Below are positions 1-10,753 of a stretch of 64,000 nucleotides of DNA, piece by piece. The first letter of the stretch is position 1. Every line of letters begins with the position of its first letter. Under the pieces are notes generated by a model. That model searched no databases and was not told the origin of the DNA. It saw only the letters and a program-made list of their open reading frames with translations. A program made the position numbers and the translations under genes. Source of the stretch: a virus; the IMG/VR virus record IMGVR_UViG_3300008450_000004, positions 52,882-116,881 of that record. One strand, written 5' to 3'.

Positions 1-553
1 TAATCAATCAAATGCTCTATTTTTAGCATTGATGTATGAAAATGTTAAAGGAAAAGAAATTACTATTCCTTGTCGTACATACCCCTCAGTACCTTGTGAA
101 ATAATTCATGCCGGTGCTAAAGTAAATTTCAAACCAGTTAAAGGCACTACAATCAAAGGAGCATACCAGTTAGAACCAACCAACGTTTGGGATTCAGCAT
201 TATCATTTACTGCGGATATGTACAAACCTGGTACTCATATGTGTGTTTCATTTACAGGTCCCTATAAACATTTTAAATTATCCAAAGGAGGAGCTATATT
301 GACTGATAATGAAGAAGCATATCTTTGGTTTAAAAGAGCAAGATACTCAGGACGTAGAGAGTGTTCATATCATGAAGATAATCTTGATATGATAGGTTGG
401 AATTTTTATATGATGCCTGAATTAGCTGCTAGAGGATTACTTTTAATTGGACAGTTTTATAATATGGATGGTACTAAAAAACATAATGCTGATTTAGAAT
501 TACCATACCCAGATTTATCACAATTTGAAGTTTATATAAAAGCTAATAGATGA
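1..553 (+). CDS. DegT/DnrJ/EryC1/StrS PLP-dependent sugar aminotransferase (5' end probably outside the window)
   Basis: DSALS motif, SFTGPYKHFKLSKGGAILT (PLP-Lys region), GWNFYM. Confidence 0.8.
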   Translation, partial: NQSNALFLALMYENVKGKEITIPCRTYPSVPCEIIHAGAKVNFKPVKGTTIKGAYQLEPTNVWDSALSFTADMYKPGTHMCVSFTGPYKHFKLSKGGAILTDNEEAYLWFKRARYSGRRECSYHEDNLDMIGWNFYMMPELAARGLLLIGQFYNMDGTKKHNADLELPYPDLSQFEVYIKANR

Positions 554-1431
554 AAAATAAAGTAGTTATACAAATATTCCCTATGGTAAATGAAATAGAT
601 TACCTAGAACGAACTTTATTATTACTTAAACAATCGTCAGTATACGTAGACAAAGAAAAATTTCATATTATACTAGACATAACACTCCCCACATCAGATT
701 ATCTTACAAATTGGAATGATTCTATTTTAAAACAAGATTATTTTATTAATAAATTTAAAAATCTTGAAAAATACGCTGATTGGTGTGATGAATATTATTT
801 TAATGTAGATGATAAAGTAAAAGGATGTGTAGATTGTTGTATAAACAATATCTACAAGTATCCTAATGTAGATGATATGATATGGTTAGATATAGATATA
901 GTATTTAATCCTTATACGTTAAATTTAGTTTTAGAATCATCTTTAGAAGTTAAACAAATTCAACAAAATTATATTATTACTCCTGAGTATGTTAAATTAT
1001 GGGATAGTACCTGGGATTCTGTAGTTAGTGATACTTTTATGAATGAACCATATGGTTATGAAAAAACTAATGATTCTATAATTGATACTATTACTACCTA
1101 TGGTGATATAACCCTGGAATCATCTGGGGTGTATAAATGGGGTGGTTCTTGGTTTACTTTATATTCTAAAAAATTACTAGACTACATCCAGTTTCCTAGA
1201 GACATAGAAGGATACAGTCCTATAGATACTTTTATAATGGAGTGCTGCAAATACATTCCTAATACTACTCAATATAAAATAAAAAATCTTGTAGTAGCCG
1301 AAGATTATAAATACATTGATAGAACATTATATAGCACCTATTTAAAATCTATCAATAGAAAACAAGATCTATCTCAGATAGGATGGGATAAAATGGTTAA
1401 TCATCTAAAAAATAATATACTTAAACGATGA
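550..1431 (+). CDS. putative glycosyltransferase (GT-A like)
   Basis: WLDIDIVF DxD motif; lies in the sugar cluster. Confidence 0.5.
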   Translation: MKNKVVIQIFPMVNEIDYLERTLLLLKQSSVYVDKEKFHIILDITLPTSDYLTNWNDSILKQDYFINKFKNLEKYADWCDEYYFNVDDKVKGCVDCCINNIYKYPNVDDMIWLDIDIVFNPYTLNLVLESSLEVKQIQQNYIITPEYVKLWDSTWDSVVSDTFMNEPYGYEKTNDSIIDTITTYGDITLESSGVYKWGGSWFTLYSKKLLDYIQFPRDIEGYSPIDTFIMECCKYIPNTTQYKIKNLVVAEDYKYIDRTLYSTYLKSINRKQDLSQIGWDKMVNHLKNNILKR

Positions 1432-2015
1432 AAAGAGCATTAATAGGAGCAGGAGGTCATGCACAAGAAGTAAGAGCACATATGGGTGATTTTACTATGA
1501 AATGCTTTGTAGATGATCAATATTGGGAATTAAATAAAGATTATATTTTTCCTTTATCTAAATTTGATCCTAATGAATATGAAGTACTAGTTGCTGTAAG
1601 TAATAGTAAAGATAGATATAACATAGTTAATAAATTACCCAAGGAAACAAAATACTTTACATACATTCACCCTTCAGCTCAAATATTATCTCCAGTTAGT
1701 ATAGGAGAAGGTTCATTTGTAGGAGCTAATTGTATTTTAACTTATAATATAACCATAGGTAAACATGCTATATTAAACAGAGCAATTCATGTTGGACATG
1801 ATTGTAAAATAGGTAATTACTTTAGCGCTATGCCTGGATCTATAGTATCAGGTAATGTAACAATACAAGATTATGTCTATTTAGGTACCAATTCATCAAT
1901 TAGAGAAAAATTATCAATCCATAATTCAGTAACAATAGGATTAAATTCCGGGGTAATAAAAAATATTGAAGAACCAGGGACATATGTTGGTGCTCCCGCT
2001 AAAAAAATAAAATAA
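1428..2015 (+). CDS. NeuD/PglD-family sugar O/N-acetyltransferase
   Basis: IGAGGHA N-terminus, hexapeptide repeats, VGAPAK end. Confidence 0.9.
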   Translation: MKRALIGAGGHAQEVRAHMGDFTMKCFVDDQYWELNKDYIFPLSKFDPNEYEVLVAVSNSKDRYNIVNKLPKETKYFTYIHPSAQILSPVSIGEGSFVGANCILTYNITIGKHAILNRAIHVGHDCKIGNYFSAMPGSIVSGNVTIQDYVYLGTNSSIREKLSIHNSVTIGLNSGVIKNIEEPGTYVGAPAKKIK

Positions 2016-2911
2016 TGAAAATATTCGCTAATTTTCGATCAGCTGAAGAAGATGTAACATTTAATATACTAAAAGAAAAATTTAGTGATAAACCTATTAC
2101 TTTCTTTTATGATTATATCCCTCAAAATATATCTGAACTACAATTAAATCCTTATAATTTTATTATGGTTCATGAACCAAATGAATTTTTTGGAATGCAT
2201 AGTTGGGTAAAACAAAATCATCATTTGTTTAATATAATATTAACATGGAATAGAGATATATTAGACAATTGTGAAAATGCTTATACATTTACTTGTAATT
2301 ATCAACAAGATTCTCATGAATATTATAACTCACTATTAAATACTGAAAAAATCTTTGAAGTATCATTTTTAAGTGGTACCAAAACTATATCAGATGGACA
2401 TAAATTTAGAAATGAATTATATCAAATAAAAGATCAAATTCTTATACCTAAAAAATGGTTTTACGTACTAGAAGATTTTGATACAGAACATAATGTTAGA
2501 CCAGGATATAATGAATACTCCAAAGATCTATCTCATTTACCAGAACATCTAAAAAAGATTCCTCAAGTATATGGTAAAAGAATATGTTATGATAAACCAA
2601 TGTTTCATGTTTGCGTTGAAAATGTAAAACAAGATAATTGGTATACTGAAAAAATAGGAGAAGCTTTTTGTACTAAAACAGTCCCAATTTACTGGGGTTG
2701 TTCGAATATAGGGGATTATTATGATTCAAGAGGTATCATTACATTTGATACTAAAGAAGAATTAATAGACATAGTTAATAATTTAACTCCTGAAAAATAT
2801 TATAAAATGAAACCATATGTTGATTTTAATTTTGAAGTTGCATTACATGATTCATTTACAAGTAAACTAGTTATGTTTTTTGAAGAAATAACTAAAATTA
2901 ATAATATCTAA
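2015..2911 (+). CDS. GT10-like (fucosyltransferase-like) glycosyltransferase
   Basis: FHVCVEN...WYTEKI...TVPIYWG signature. Confidence 0.75.
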   Translation: MKIFANFRSAEEDVTFNILKEKFSDKPITFFYDYIPQNISELQLNPYNFIMVHEPNEFFGMHSWVKQNHHLFNIILTWNRDILDNCENAYTFTCNYQQDSHEYYNSLLNTEKIFEVSFLSGTKTISDGHKFRNELYQIKDQILIPKKWFYVLEDFDTEHNVRPGYNEYSKDLSHLPEHLKKIPQVYGKRICYDKPMFHVCVENVKQDNWYTEKIGEAFCTKTVPIYWGCSNIGDYYDSRGIITFDTKEELIDIVNNLTPEKYYKMKPYVDFNFEVALHDSFTSKLVMFFEEITKINNI

Positions 2912-2924
2912 ACAATAAAAATAT

Positions 2925-3659
2925 ATGACCTCTATTAAAAAATTAACCATTGAAACTACAGAATCTACATCTGAATTATGCCATATAATGGCTTCTTATA
3001 AAACAGATAAGTCCCCATTAGTAAGTCCTCTTCTTGGGCGCCTTGAAAATGATAATCGAAACTTTATGGTTGACGATTACTTTTATCCATCTGCTGAATA
3101 TGCACACGCCTATACTGGTGTTTATGATTTCTTATTTTCTCCTTTTAGAAATAAAAAAATAAAATTAGGTGAAATAGGAGTTCATTTTAATCACTCAATA
3201 CGAGGATGGAGAGAATGGTTTCCTAATGCTGAAATTCACGGATTTGAATGGGTAGAACAGTTTATAACAAATGCTAGAGCTGAGAATATACCTAATGTTT
3301 ATTATCATTATACAAATGTATTTGAAAAAGATGCTATTGATAAATCAATGATTGAAGCTGGGGGTGGGTTTGATATTATTATTGAAGACAGTTGCCATCT
3401 TTTAGAAACTCAAGTAAATGTTGTAGAAACAGCACACAAATATCTCAATCCAGGAGGAATATTAATTATTGAAGACATCTACCCCATTATAAAAAATAAA
3501 GATGATAGAGGCCATGGAGATTACTTAGAAGAAGAATTCTCAGATGCTATAGAACCATTTAAACAATATTATTCTAATATTATATTTGTAAATGCTCAGC
3601 ATAAATACAAATATACTGGATTATATGGAGATGTTAGAATGTTAGTTTTGTACAAATAA
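2925..3659 (+). CDS. class I SAM-dependent (sugar O-)methyltransferase
   Basis: TDK..H.YT..YD, EIGV, FDIIIEDSCH, LNPGGILIIED. Confidence 0.8.
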   Translation: MTSIKKLTIETTESTSELCHIMASYKTDKSPLVSPLLGRLENDNRNFMVDDYFYPSAEYAHAYTGVYDFLFSPFRNKKIKLGEIGVHFNHSIRGWREWFPNAEIHGFEWVEQFITNARAENIPNVYYHYTNVFEKDAIDKSMIEAGGGFDIIIEDSCHLLETQVNVVETAHKYLNPGGILIIEDIYPIIKNKDDRGHGDYLEEEFSDAIEPFKQYYSNIIFVNAQHKYKYTGLYGDVRMLVLYK

Positions 3660-3672
3660 AAATAAATAAAAA

Positions 3673-4611
3673 ATGAAAAAAGTTTTAATTACAGGAGGAG
3701 CTGGTTATTTAGGCTCCGTATTAACAGAGGTATTATTAAATAAGGGATACCAAGTAACAGTAATAGATAATATTACATATAAACAAACATCAGTAGCACC
3801 TTTTACTTATAACAAAAATTTTAAATTTGTTTTAGGTGATGTTAGAGATGAAAATTTACTATCATCATTAGTAACAACACATGATATTATTATTCCATTA
3901 GCTGCTATTGTAGGAATGCCAGCGTGTGAAGCTAATCCTCAATTAACTATTGATGTTAATTACAAACAAGTAAAAAACATTACAAAATGGGTTACCAAAG
4001 ATCAAGTAGTATTAATCCCTAATACTAATAGTCAATACGGTTCATCAACTGAAATTATTACAGAAGATTCACCATTTAAACCACTTTCATTATATGCTGA
4101 AACTAAATGCGATGCTGAAAAAGCAGTATTAGATTCAGGTAATGGAATTGCTTTAAGATTAGCAACAGTATTTGGTATGTCATATAGAATGAGAATGGAT
4201 TTATTAGTCAATGATTTTGTTTATAAGGCAGTAACAGATGGTTATTTAGTATTATTTGAATCTCATTTTATTCGTAACTACATTCATATTAGAGATATTG
4301 CTAATACATTCTTATTTATGATTGAAAACTATGAAAAATGTAATAACAATGCCTTTAATGTTGGATTAACCTCAGCTAATTGTACTAAATTAGAATTAGC
4401 TCATAAAATCCAAAAATTCGTTCCTGATTTGGTTATTGTTGAAAATAATTTTAAGCAAGATTTTGATCAAAGAAATTATATGGTTTCAAATACTAAGTTG
4501 GAAAGTCAAGGTTGGGTACCTACATTTACACTTGAAGATGGTATTGAAGAACTTATTAGTGGATACAAATTAATTACTAAATTTAAAAACAAAGACTTTA
4601 CAAACTTATAA
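3673..4611 (+). CDS. NAD-dependent nucleotide-sugar epimerase/dehydratase (extended SDR)
   Basis: TGGAGYLG and YAETK motifs. Confidence 0.9.
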   Translation: MKKVLITGGAGYLGSVLTEVLLNKGYQVTVIDNITYKQTSVAPFTYNKNFKFVLGDVRDENLLSSLVTTHDIIIPLAAIVGMPACEANPQLTIDVNYKQVKNITKWVTKDQVVLIPNTNSQYGSSTEIITEDSPFKPLSLYAETKCDAEKAVLDSGNGIALRLATVFGMSYRMRMDLLVNDFVYKAVTDGYLVLFESHFIRNYIHIRDIANTFLFMIENYEKCNNNAFNVGLTSANCTKLELAHKIQKFVPDLVIVENNFKQDFDQRNYMVSNTKLESQGWVPTFTLEDGIEELISGYKLITKFKNKDFTNL

Positions 4612-6152
4612 TGGATGTTTTATTTATAACCCCCGGAAACGCTAGTGGTATTTACCAAAATTTAGCAAATGATTATGCTGCTATTGAACCACCAACATGG
4701 GCTTTACTATTAGCCGAATCTTGCCGATCAGTAGGGTATAAAGTAGGGTTAATAGATATTAATGCTGAACAGTTAGATAAAGATGAGGTAATAAATAGAA
4801 TTAATACTTTTCAACCCCGTTTAATTTGTTTTGTAGTTTATGGACAGAATGTAAACGCAGGCACCGTAAATATGAGCGGTGCTACGTTTATGTCTAAGTA
4901 TATTAAAGAAAAAAACATTAATATTCCTATTAGTTACTTAGGATCTTATCTTCAAGCATTGCCTATTAAAGCTATGAATGATGAACAATCAATTGATTTT
5001 GCTTTTACTAATGAAGGTGTTTATGCATTACGTAATGTACTCTCTAGACCTAATTTCATGAATGAATTGAGTGATATTAAAGGTATAATATGGAGAGACA
5101 ATAATATTCCTAAAATAAATCTATCTGAAATAGTAGTACCTAATGGAAAAATGGATACTGATCTTCCAGGCTATGCTTGGGATTTATTACCATTTAAAGA
5201 AAAACCACTTGATTTATATAGAGCACCTATGTGGCATGCTGAGTATGATCAAAATAAGCGTTCACCATATGCTGCTATTCAAACCTCATTAGGGTGTCAA
5301 TTTGGATGTGATTTCTGTATGATTAATATATTAAATAGAAATAATGAAGATGAAATAGGTGTAGCTGGTAACTATAGTAATATGCGTCACTGGTCACCTG
5401 AGTTTATTATAAAAGAATTTGATAAATTAGTTGAATTAGGGGTACATACAATTAAAATAACAGATGAAATGTTTTTACTTAATAGGAAATATTATGTTCC
5501 TTTATGTGAAATGCTTCGAGATAGAGGATATGGTAAATTTTTAAGAATGTGGGCTTATTCACGTGTTGATACAATTAAACATCCTGATTTACTTAAATTA
5601 GTAAGAGAAGCTGGTATTAAGTGGTTGGCATTAGGGATTGAAAGTGGTGATAAAACAGTACGTTTGGAAGTATCTAAAGGTAGATTTGAAGATGTTGATA
5701 TTGATAAAGTAATCCAACATGTTCATGATGCTGATATTGAAGTAATGGCCAACTATATCTTTGGACTCCCAGGCGATAATAAAGAAAGCATGCAGAAAAC
5801 CTTGGATTTGTCAAAGGAATTATGTACATTCGGGTGGAATGCATATGCTGCTATGGCACTACCAGGAAGTAAATTATATAAAGAAGCTATTGATAAAGGA
5901 ATCCCATTACCTGATACCTATGAAGGATTCTCATTTCATGGTTACAATACATTCCCTTTACCTACAGAAACACTAACAGCAGCTGAAGTATTGGAATTTA
6001 GAGATAAAGCATTTGATGAATATCACTCATATCCTCCGTTTTTAGAAAAAATTAAAAATAAATTTGGTTCTATAGCAGTTGATAATATTAATAAAATGTT
6101 ACAAATTAAACTAACACGTAAAATTATAGAAAATGAAAAATCTTCTAACTAA
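4611..6152 (+). CDS. B12-binding radical SAM protein
   Basis: N-terminal cobalamin-binding-like domain, CQFGCDFC (CxxxCxxC), GIESG, YIFGLPG. Confidence 0.9.
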   Translation: MDVLFITPGNASGIYQNLANDYAAIEPPTWALLLAESCRSVGYKVGLIDINAEQLDKDEVINRINTFQPRLICFVVYGQNVNAGTVNMSGATFMSKYIKEKNINIPISYLGSYLQALPIKAMNDEQSIDFAFTNEGVYALRNVLSRPNFMNELSDIKGIIWRDNNIPKINLSEIVVPNGKMDTDLPGYAWDLLPFKEKPLDLYRAPMWHAEYDQNKRSPYAAIQTSLGCQFGCDFCMINILNRNNEDEIGVAGNYSNMRHWSPEFIIKEFDKLVELGVHTIKITDEMFLLNRKYYVPLCEMLRDRGYGKFLRMWAYSRVDTIKHPDLLKLVREAGIKWLALGIESGDKTVRLEVSKGRFEDVDIDKVIQHVHDADIEVMANYIFGLPGDNKESMQKTLDLSKELCTFGWNAYAAMALPGSKLYKEAIDKGIPLPDTYEGFSFHGYNTFPLPTETLTAAEVLEFRDKAFDEYHSYPPFLEKIKNKFGSIAVDNINKMLQIKLTRKIIENEKSSN

Positions 6153-6741
6153 AGAACAATTAATTGCTTTTGAAACAGATATAGCAGATTGTTTTAATAA
6201 TGCTATGATAAAAGCTCCTGTTCATCTATATGATGGAAATGAAGAACAAATGATTGATATTTTTAAAAAAGTCCAATCAGATGATTGGGTTTTTTGTACT
6301 TGGCGTTCACACTATCAATGTTTATTAAAAGGTGTACCTCAAGAACAAGTTAAAAAAGATATTATAGATGGAAAATCTATTACATTATGTTATCCTGAAT
6401 ATAATGTATATTCATCTGCTATAGTAACAGGAAATATTCCTATTGCTACTGGTGTTGCTTTAGATATTAAACGTAAAAAAGGAACTAATCATGTTTGGTG
6501 TTTTGTAGGAGACATGACATCTGAAACAGGTACTTTTTTTGAAAATTGGAAATATGCTGTTAATTATGATTTACCTATTACGTATGTAATTGAAGACAAC
6601 AGCAAATCAGTTTGTACTGAAACTAAAAAAACATGGAACTCAGATAACTTGTTTTTTTCTAATGAAACAAGAAAAATTATTTATTATCAATACGAAACAA
6701 AATACCCTCACGCAGGTGCTGGTAAAAGAATCCAATTTTAA
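6133..6741 (+). CDS. TPP-dependent enzyme, E1 alpha-like subunit
   Basis: VHLYDGNE, TWRSH, GD..(x)n..EDN TPP-binding motif. Confidence 0.85.
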   Translation: MKNLLTKEQLIAFETDIADCFNNAMIKAPVHLYDGNEEQMIDIFKKVQSDDWVFCTWRSHYQCLLKGVPQEQVKKDIIDGKSITLCYPEYNVYSSAIVTGNIPIATGVALDIKRKKGTNHVWCFVGDMTSETGTFFENWKYAVNYDLPITYVIEDNSKSVCTETKKTWNSDNLFFSNETRKIIYYQYETKYPHAGAGKRIQF

Positions 6742-6743
6742 TT

Positions 6744-7280
6744 ATGAAATATTTTGATGAATTAAAGCGATCTATGGATTGGCTTAGTGAAAAACCAGAC
6801 ACCCTATTCTTAGGACAGGCTGTGGAATATGCTGGAACTGCAATTACTAATACATTAAAAGATGTAGACAGAAATAAAATGCTTGAAATGCCCGTAAATG
6901 AAGATATGCAAATGGGCATGACATTAGGTATGGCTTTAAATAACACAGTACCTATTTCTATTTACCCTAGATGGAATTTTTTATTATTAGCAGCTAACCA
7001 GTTAGTAAACCATATAGATAAAATTAAAATTATGTCTGATGGTGGGTATGCACCTAAAATCATTATTAGAACATCTATTGGTGCACAACGCCCACTTCAT
7101 CCTCAGCACCAACATATTGCTGATTTTACACCTGGTTTTAAAGCTATGTGTGATTGGGTTGATTTTATTAGATTAGATGAACCTTACCAAATTTTTGATG
7201 CATTTAAATATGCATATGAAAGAACAGATAACCGTCCAACTGTACTAGTTGAATGGGGAGATTACTACGGAGAAAAATAA
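6744..7280 (+). CDS. transketolase/E1 beta pyrimidine-binding subunit (no C-terminal domain)
   Basis: EMPVNEDMQMG, NQLVN, HPQHQH. Confidence 0.85.
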   Translation: MKYFDELKRSMDWLSEKPDTLFLGQAVEYAGTAITNTLKDVDRNKMLEMPVNEDMQMGMTLGMALNNTVPISIYPRWNFLLLAANQLVNHIDKIKIMSDGGYAPKIIIRTSIGAQRPLHPQHQHIADFTPGFKAMCDWVDFIRLDEPYQIFDAFKYAYERTDNRPTVLVEWGDYYGEK

Positions 7281-7283
7281 CAT

Positions 7284-8459
7284 ATGAATAACTTTTATTT
7301 ACCTTTAATGAGTGATAATATTGATAAAGAAGATATCAATTCACTAATTGACTTTTTAAGTCAAGATCAAATACCTAAATTAACCAACGGACCTAAAGTC
7401 ATTGAATTTGAAAACAAATGGGGTGAATGGTTAGGAACTAAATATAATCTAATGGTTAACTCAGGAGCATCTGCTAATGAATTAACAATGTTAGCTTTAA
7501 ATTACATACACGGCCAAGGTGAAATTATAGTACCACCACTTACTTGGATTTCAGATATTTCATCTGTTATTTTTAGTGGATTTAAACCTGTATTTTGTGA
7601 TATTAATTTAAAGAATTTCTCATTTGATATTGATAAATTAAAACAAACAATCACACCTGATACTAAAGCTATATTCTTAACTCATGTATTAGGTATTAAT
7701 GCTTTAACTGATGAGTTAATTCAGTTATGTAAAGATAACAATATATTATTGATTGAAGATGTTTGTGAATCACACGGTGTAACATTTAAAGGACAAAAAG
7801 CTGGTTCAATTGGTTTTGCTTCTAATTTTAGTTTTTATTTTGCACATCATATGTCTACTATTGAAGGTGGAATGATCTGTACTAATGATGAATATTTTTA
7901 TCAAGTATGTAGAGCATTACGTTCTCATGGTATGACTAGAGAAATGACTGATAATAATTTAAAACAAGAAATCATTGAAAACCACCCTGATTTAAATCCA
8001 GATTTTATTTTCCTACACCCAGCACATAATTTTAGAAGTACTGAAATCAATGCAGTAATTGGTTTATCTCAAATTAAAAAATTAGATTCAAATAACACAC
8101 ATAGAATAGATAATTTTAATTATTTTATGAGTAAACTAGATTCTAACAAATACCATACTGATATTGAATTAGAAGGTCAATGTAACTATGCTTTTATAAT
8201 TGTATTAAAAGATGGTTCATTTGAAATGAGAGATAAAGTAGAATCAACATTACGAGAAAAAGGTATTGAATTTAGAAGAGGCTTATCAGGTGGTGGTAAT
8301 CAATTAAGACAACCATATTTTAAGAAAAACTATAACATCAACTATGATGATTTTAAAAATATGGATCATGTTCATCATTTTGGTTGGTATGTTGGTAATT
8401 ACCCAACATTAGAAAGAGAAAAAATTGATACATTAATTAAAACACTAAACAATCTATGA
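7284..8459 (+). CDS. DegT-family aminotransferase or 3-dehydratase (ColD/RfbH-like)
   Basis: VNSGASAN, EDVCESHG, SFYFAHHMSTIEGG; His rather than Lys at the PLP position, as in 3-dehydratases. Confidence 0.8.
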   Translation: MNNFYLPLMSDNIDKEDINSLIDFLSQDQIPKLTNGPKVIEFENKWGEWLGTKYNLMVNSGASANELTMLALNYIHGQGEIIVPPLTWISDISSVIFSGFKPVFCDINLKNFSFDIDKLKQTITPDTKAIFLTHVLGINALTDELIQLCKDNNILLIEDVCESHGVTFKGQKAGSIGFASNFSFYFAHHMSTIEGGMICTNDEYFYQVCRALRSHGMTREMTDNNLKQEIIENHPDLNPDFIFLHPAHNFRSTEINAVIGLSQIKKLDSNNTHRIDNFNYFMSKLDSNKYHTDIELEGQCNYAFIIVLKDGSFEMRDKVESTLREKGIEFRRGLSGGGNQLRQPYFKKNYNINYDDFKNMDHVHHFGWYVGNYPTLEREKIDTLIKTLNNL

Positions 8460-8950
8460 GAATACCAGTACACCCAGATGTAAAGATTTATAACCACGAT
8501 GTCCATTATGATTTTAGAGGTGAATTATGGACATTATGGAAAGAAGGCGAATTTCCTAGAACTGATGTTAAATTCAATCATGATAAGATTTCTACCTCAA
8601 GAAAACATGTTTTAAGGGGAATCCATGGTGATTCTAAAGCATGGAAGTTAGTAGAATGTCTTTATGGTGAGCTATATTTTGTTGTTGTAGATAATAGACC
8701 TGAATCAAAAAACTACAAGAATTGGACAGGTATGATGCTCTCAGACAAAACAAGACAATCAGTATTACTCCCCCCAGGATTTGGAAACGGATTTTTAGTA
8801 ATGAGTGATCATTCAGTATTTCATTATAAATGGGCATATGAAGGAAAATACCCAGATGTTGATGAACAATTTACATTAAAATGGAATGATCCTGAATTAG
8901 ATATTGAATGGCCTATTGATAACCCAATTTTACAAAAAAGAGATAAATAA
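8456..8950 (+). CDS. rmlC: dTDP-4-dehydrorhamnose 3,5-epimerase family
   Basis: DFRG, VLRGIH, PPGFGNGF, WNDPELDIEWP. Confidence 0.9.
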   Translation: MRIPVHPDVKIYNHDVHYDFRGELWTLWKEGEFPRTDVKFNHDKISTSRKHVLRGIHGDSKAWKLVECLYGELYFVVVDNRPESKNYKNWTGMMLSDKTRQSVLLPPGFGNGFLVMSDHSVFHYKWAYEGKYPDVDEQFTLKWNDPELDIEWPIDNPILQKRDK

Positions 8951-9429
8951 TGAATTTTAAAAATTTTATTAGAGAAGTTCCTGATTTCCCTAAACCAGGG
9001 GTTTCATTTAAGGATATATCGCCTTTATTGCAATCACCTATGTTTCCTTATATTATTGCACAAATAAAAGCACTATCATCTATTCCTAATTATTGGGTAG
9101 GTATTGATTCTAGAGGCTTTATATTCGCCTCAGCCTTATCTATGTCTAGTGGAGGTGGATTAGTAATGTGTAGGAAAAAAGGTAAATTACCTCCTCCAGT
9201 TGTAAGTGAAACATACAGTTTGGAATATGGTGAAGATACATTAGAAATGCAACCTGGTAGAGGTACTGTAGTAATAGTAGATGATGTTTATGCTACTGGT
9301 GGTACTATGGATGCTGTTGAAAAATTATGTATTAAAGCAGGGTATAATGTTATAGATAAATTAGTATTAATTGATTTAAAATTTCTTCATGAACCCACAA
9401 ATGTTAAGAGTTTAATACAGTATGAGTAA
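8950..9429 (+). CDS. apt: adenine phosphoribosyltransferase
   Basis: PDFPKPGVSFKDISPL, RKKGKLP, YSLEYG, VDDVYATGGT. Confidence 0.92.
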   Translation: MNFKNFIREVPDFPKPGVSFKDISPLLQSPMFPYIIAQIKALSSIPNYWVGIDSRGFIFASALSMSSGGGLVMCRKKGKLPPPVVSETYSLEYGEDTLEMQPGRGTVVIVDDVYATGGTMDAVEKLCIKAGYNVIDKLVLIDLKFLHEPTNVKSLIQYE

Positions 9430-9976
9430 AGTTTTTATAATAGCACTAACAGATGAAACAGGTGGTGTTGGAGAGATAGGAAATTATCCTATTATATATA
9501 GTGGTGTTGGTAAAATTAATGCTACTATGGCTGCTTATAATGCCTTTACTAAAGGATATACTGAGGTTATTAATATTGGGTCTTGTGGGTCATTAAAACA
9601 TAAACCAGGAACAATAATTAAAGTAGGATCTGTATTTCAAGATATAGATGCTAGACCTTTATGTGAATATGGAGAAACACCATTTGAACCACAATATAAA
9701 CAAGTAGTTTTAGATAGAACTACCCTTTCTACTTGTTTTTCTACAGATTATTTCATAGATTTATCTCAGAAAGAAAAATATTCTAAAGAATACATCAAAA
9801 TGGTAAATAATTGTGATATATTTGATATGGAATGTTTTGCTTTAGCTAAAGTATGTCATCGTTTCAACATTAAATTTAGCTCATATAAATGGGTTTCAGA
9901 TAATGGTGATGGTGGTGATTGGAAAGAAAATTGTAAAATAGGTTTTGAACAAGTAAAACGATTATTGAATGAGTAA
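9422..9976 (+). CDS. MTA/SAH nucleosidase-like protein (PNP_UDP_1)
   Basis: GVGKINA, INIGSCG, DMEC, VSD. Confidence 0.85.
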   Translation: MSKVFIIALTDETGGVGEIGNYPIIYSGVGKINATMAAYNAFTKGYTEVINIGSCGSLKHKPGTIIKVGSVFQDIDARPLCEYGETPFEPQYKQVVLDRTTLSTCFSTDYFIDLSQKEKYSKEYIKMVNNCDIFDMECFALAKVCHRFNIKFSSYKWVSDNGDGGDWKENCKIGFEQVKRLLNE

Positions 9977-10751
9977 TCTAAAAAAAGAAGAATTTAAAAA
10001 TTTTAATGTATTAATTATAGGTGATACATGTATAGATCAATTTATTTATGGTTCTGCTGTTCGTTTAGCACCCGAAGCACCTGTACCTGTATTTAATCCG
10101 TTAAATGAAGAAACTAATGCAGGAATGGCAGGCAATGTTGTTGCTAATCTAAAAGCATTAGGCATCCATACTTATTTTATATGCAACCCAGAAATTGTTA
10201 CTAAAACAAGATATGTTGATGATAGATCCGGACAAATTTTATTACGTGTAGATAAAAATGATAAAATAGCTCCAATTGAACCTGGTACAATTAAATCTAT
10301 AAAAAACAATATGGTTAATGGTACTAAATTAGATGCTATTATTGTTAGTGATTATGATAAAGGTTTTCTAGGAGAAGAAGATATTCAATTTATTTGTGAA
10401 AATAATACTAATGTATTCATCGATACTAAAAAAATACTAGATAAATGGTGTGTTAATGCTTCATTTATTAAAATAAATCATGTTGAGTATGAACACACAG
10501 AATATTCTTTAAAAGACTTAAACATTGAAGACAAATTAATCATTACTTTATCAAACAAAGGATGCCAGTATAAAGGTAAATTATTTCCCGTTAATAAAGT
10601 TCAAATTAAAGACGTATCTGGAGCAGGAGATACTTTCCTTTCAGGATTAGTAGCAGAATATGTTTTAACTAAAAATATAGAAAAATCAATTAAATTTGCC
10701 CAAGAATGTGCTACTGTAGTAGTACAAAAACAAGGCGTAGCAACAGTATAA
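9969..10751 (+). CDS. heptose-7-phosphate kinase-like PfkB protein (RfaE/HldE domain I)
   Basis: RLAPEAPVPV, SDYDKG, DVSGAGDTF. Confidence 0.88.
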   Translation: MSNLKKEEFKNFNVLIIGDTCIDQFIYGSAVRLAPEAPVPVFNPLNEETNAGMAGNVVANLKALGIHTYFICNPEIVTKTRYVDDRSGQILLRVDKNDKIAPIEPGTIKSIKNNMVNGTKLDAIIVSDYDKGFLGEEDIQFICENNTNVFIDTKKILDKWCVNASFIKINHVEYEHTEYSLKDLNIEDKLIITLSNKGCQYKGKLFPVNKVQIKDVSGAGDTFLSGLVAEYVLTKNIEKSIKFAQECATVVVQKQGVATV

Positions 10752-10753
10752 TT

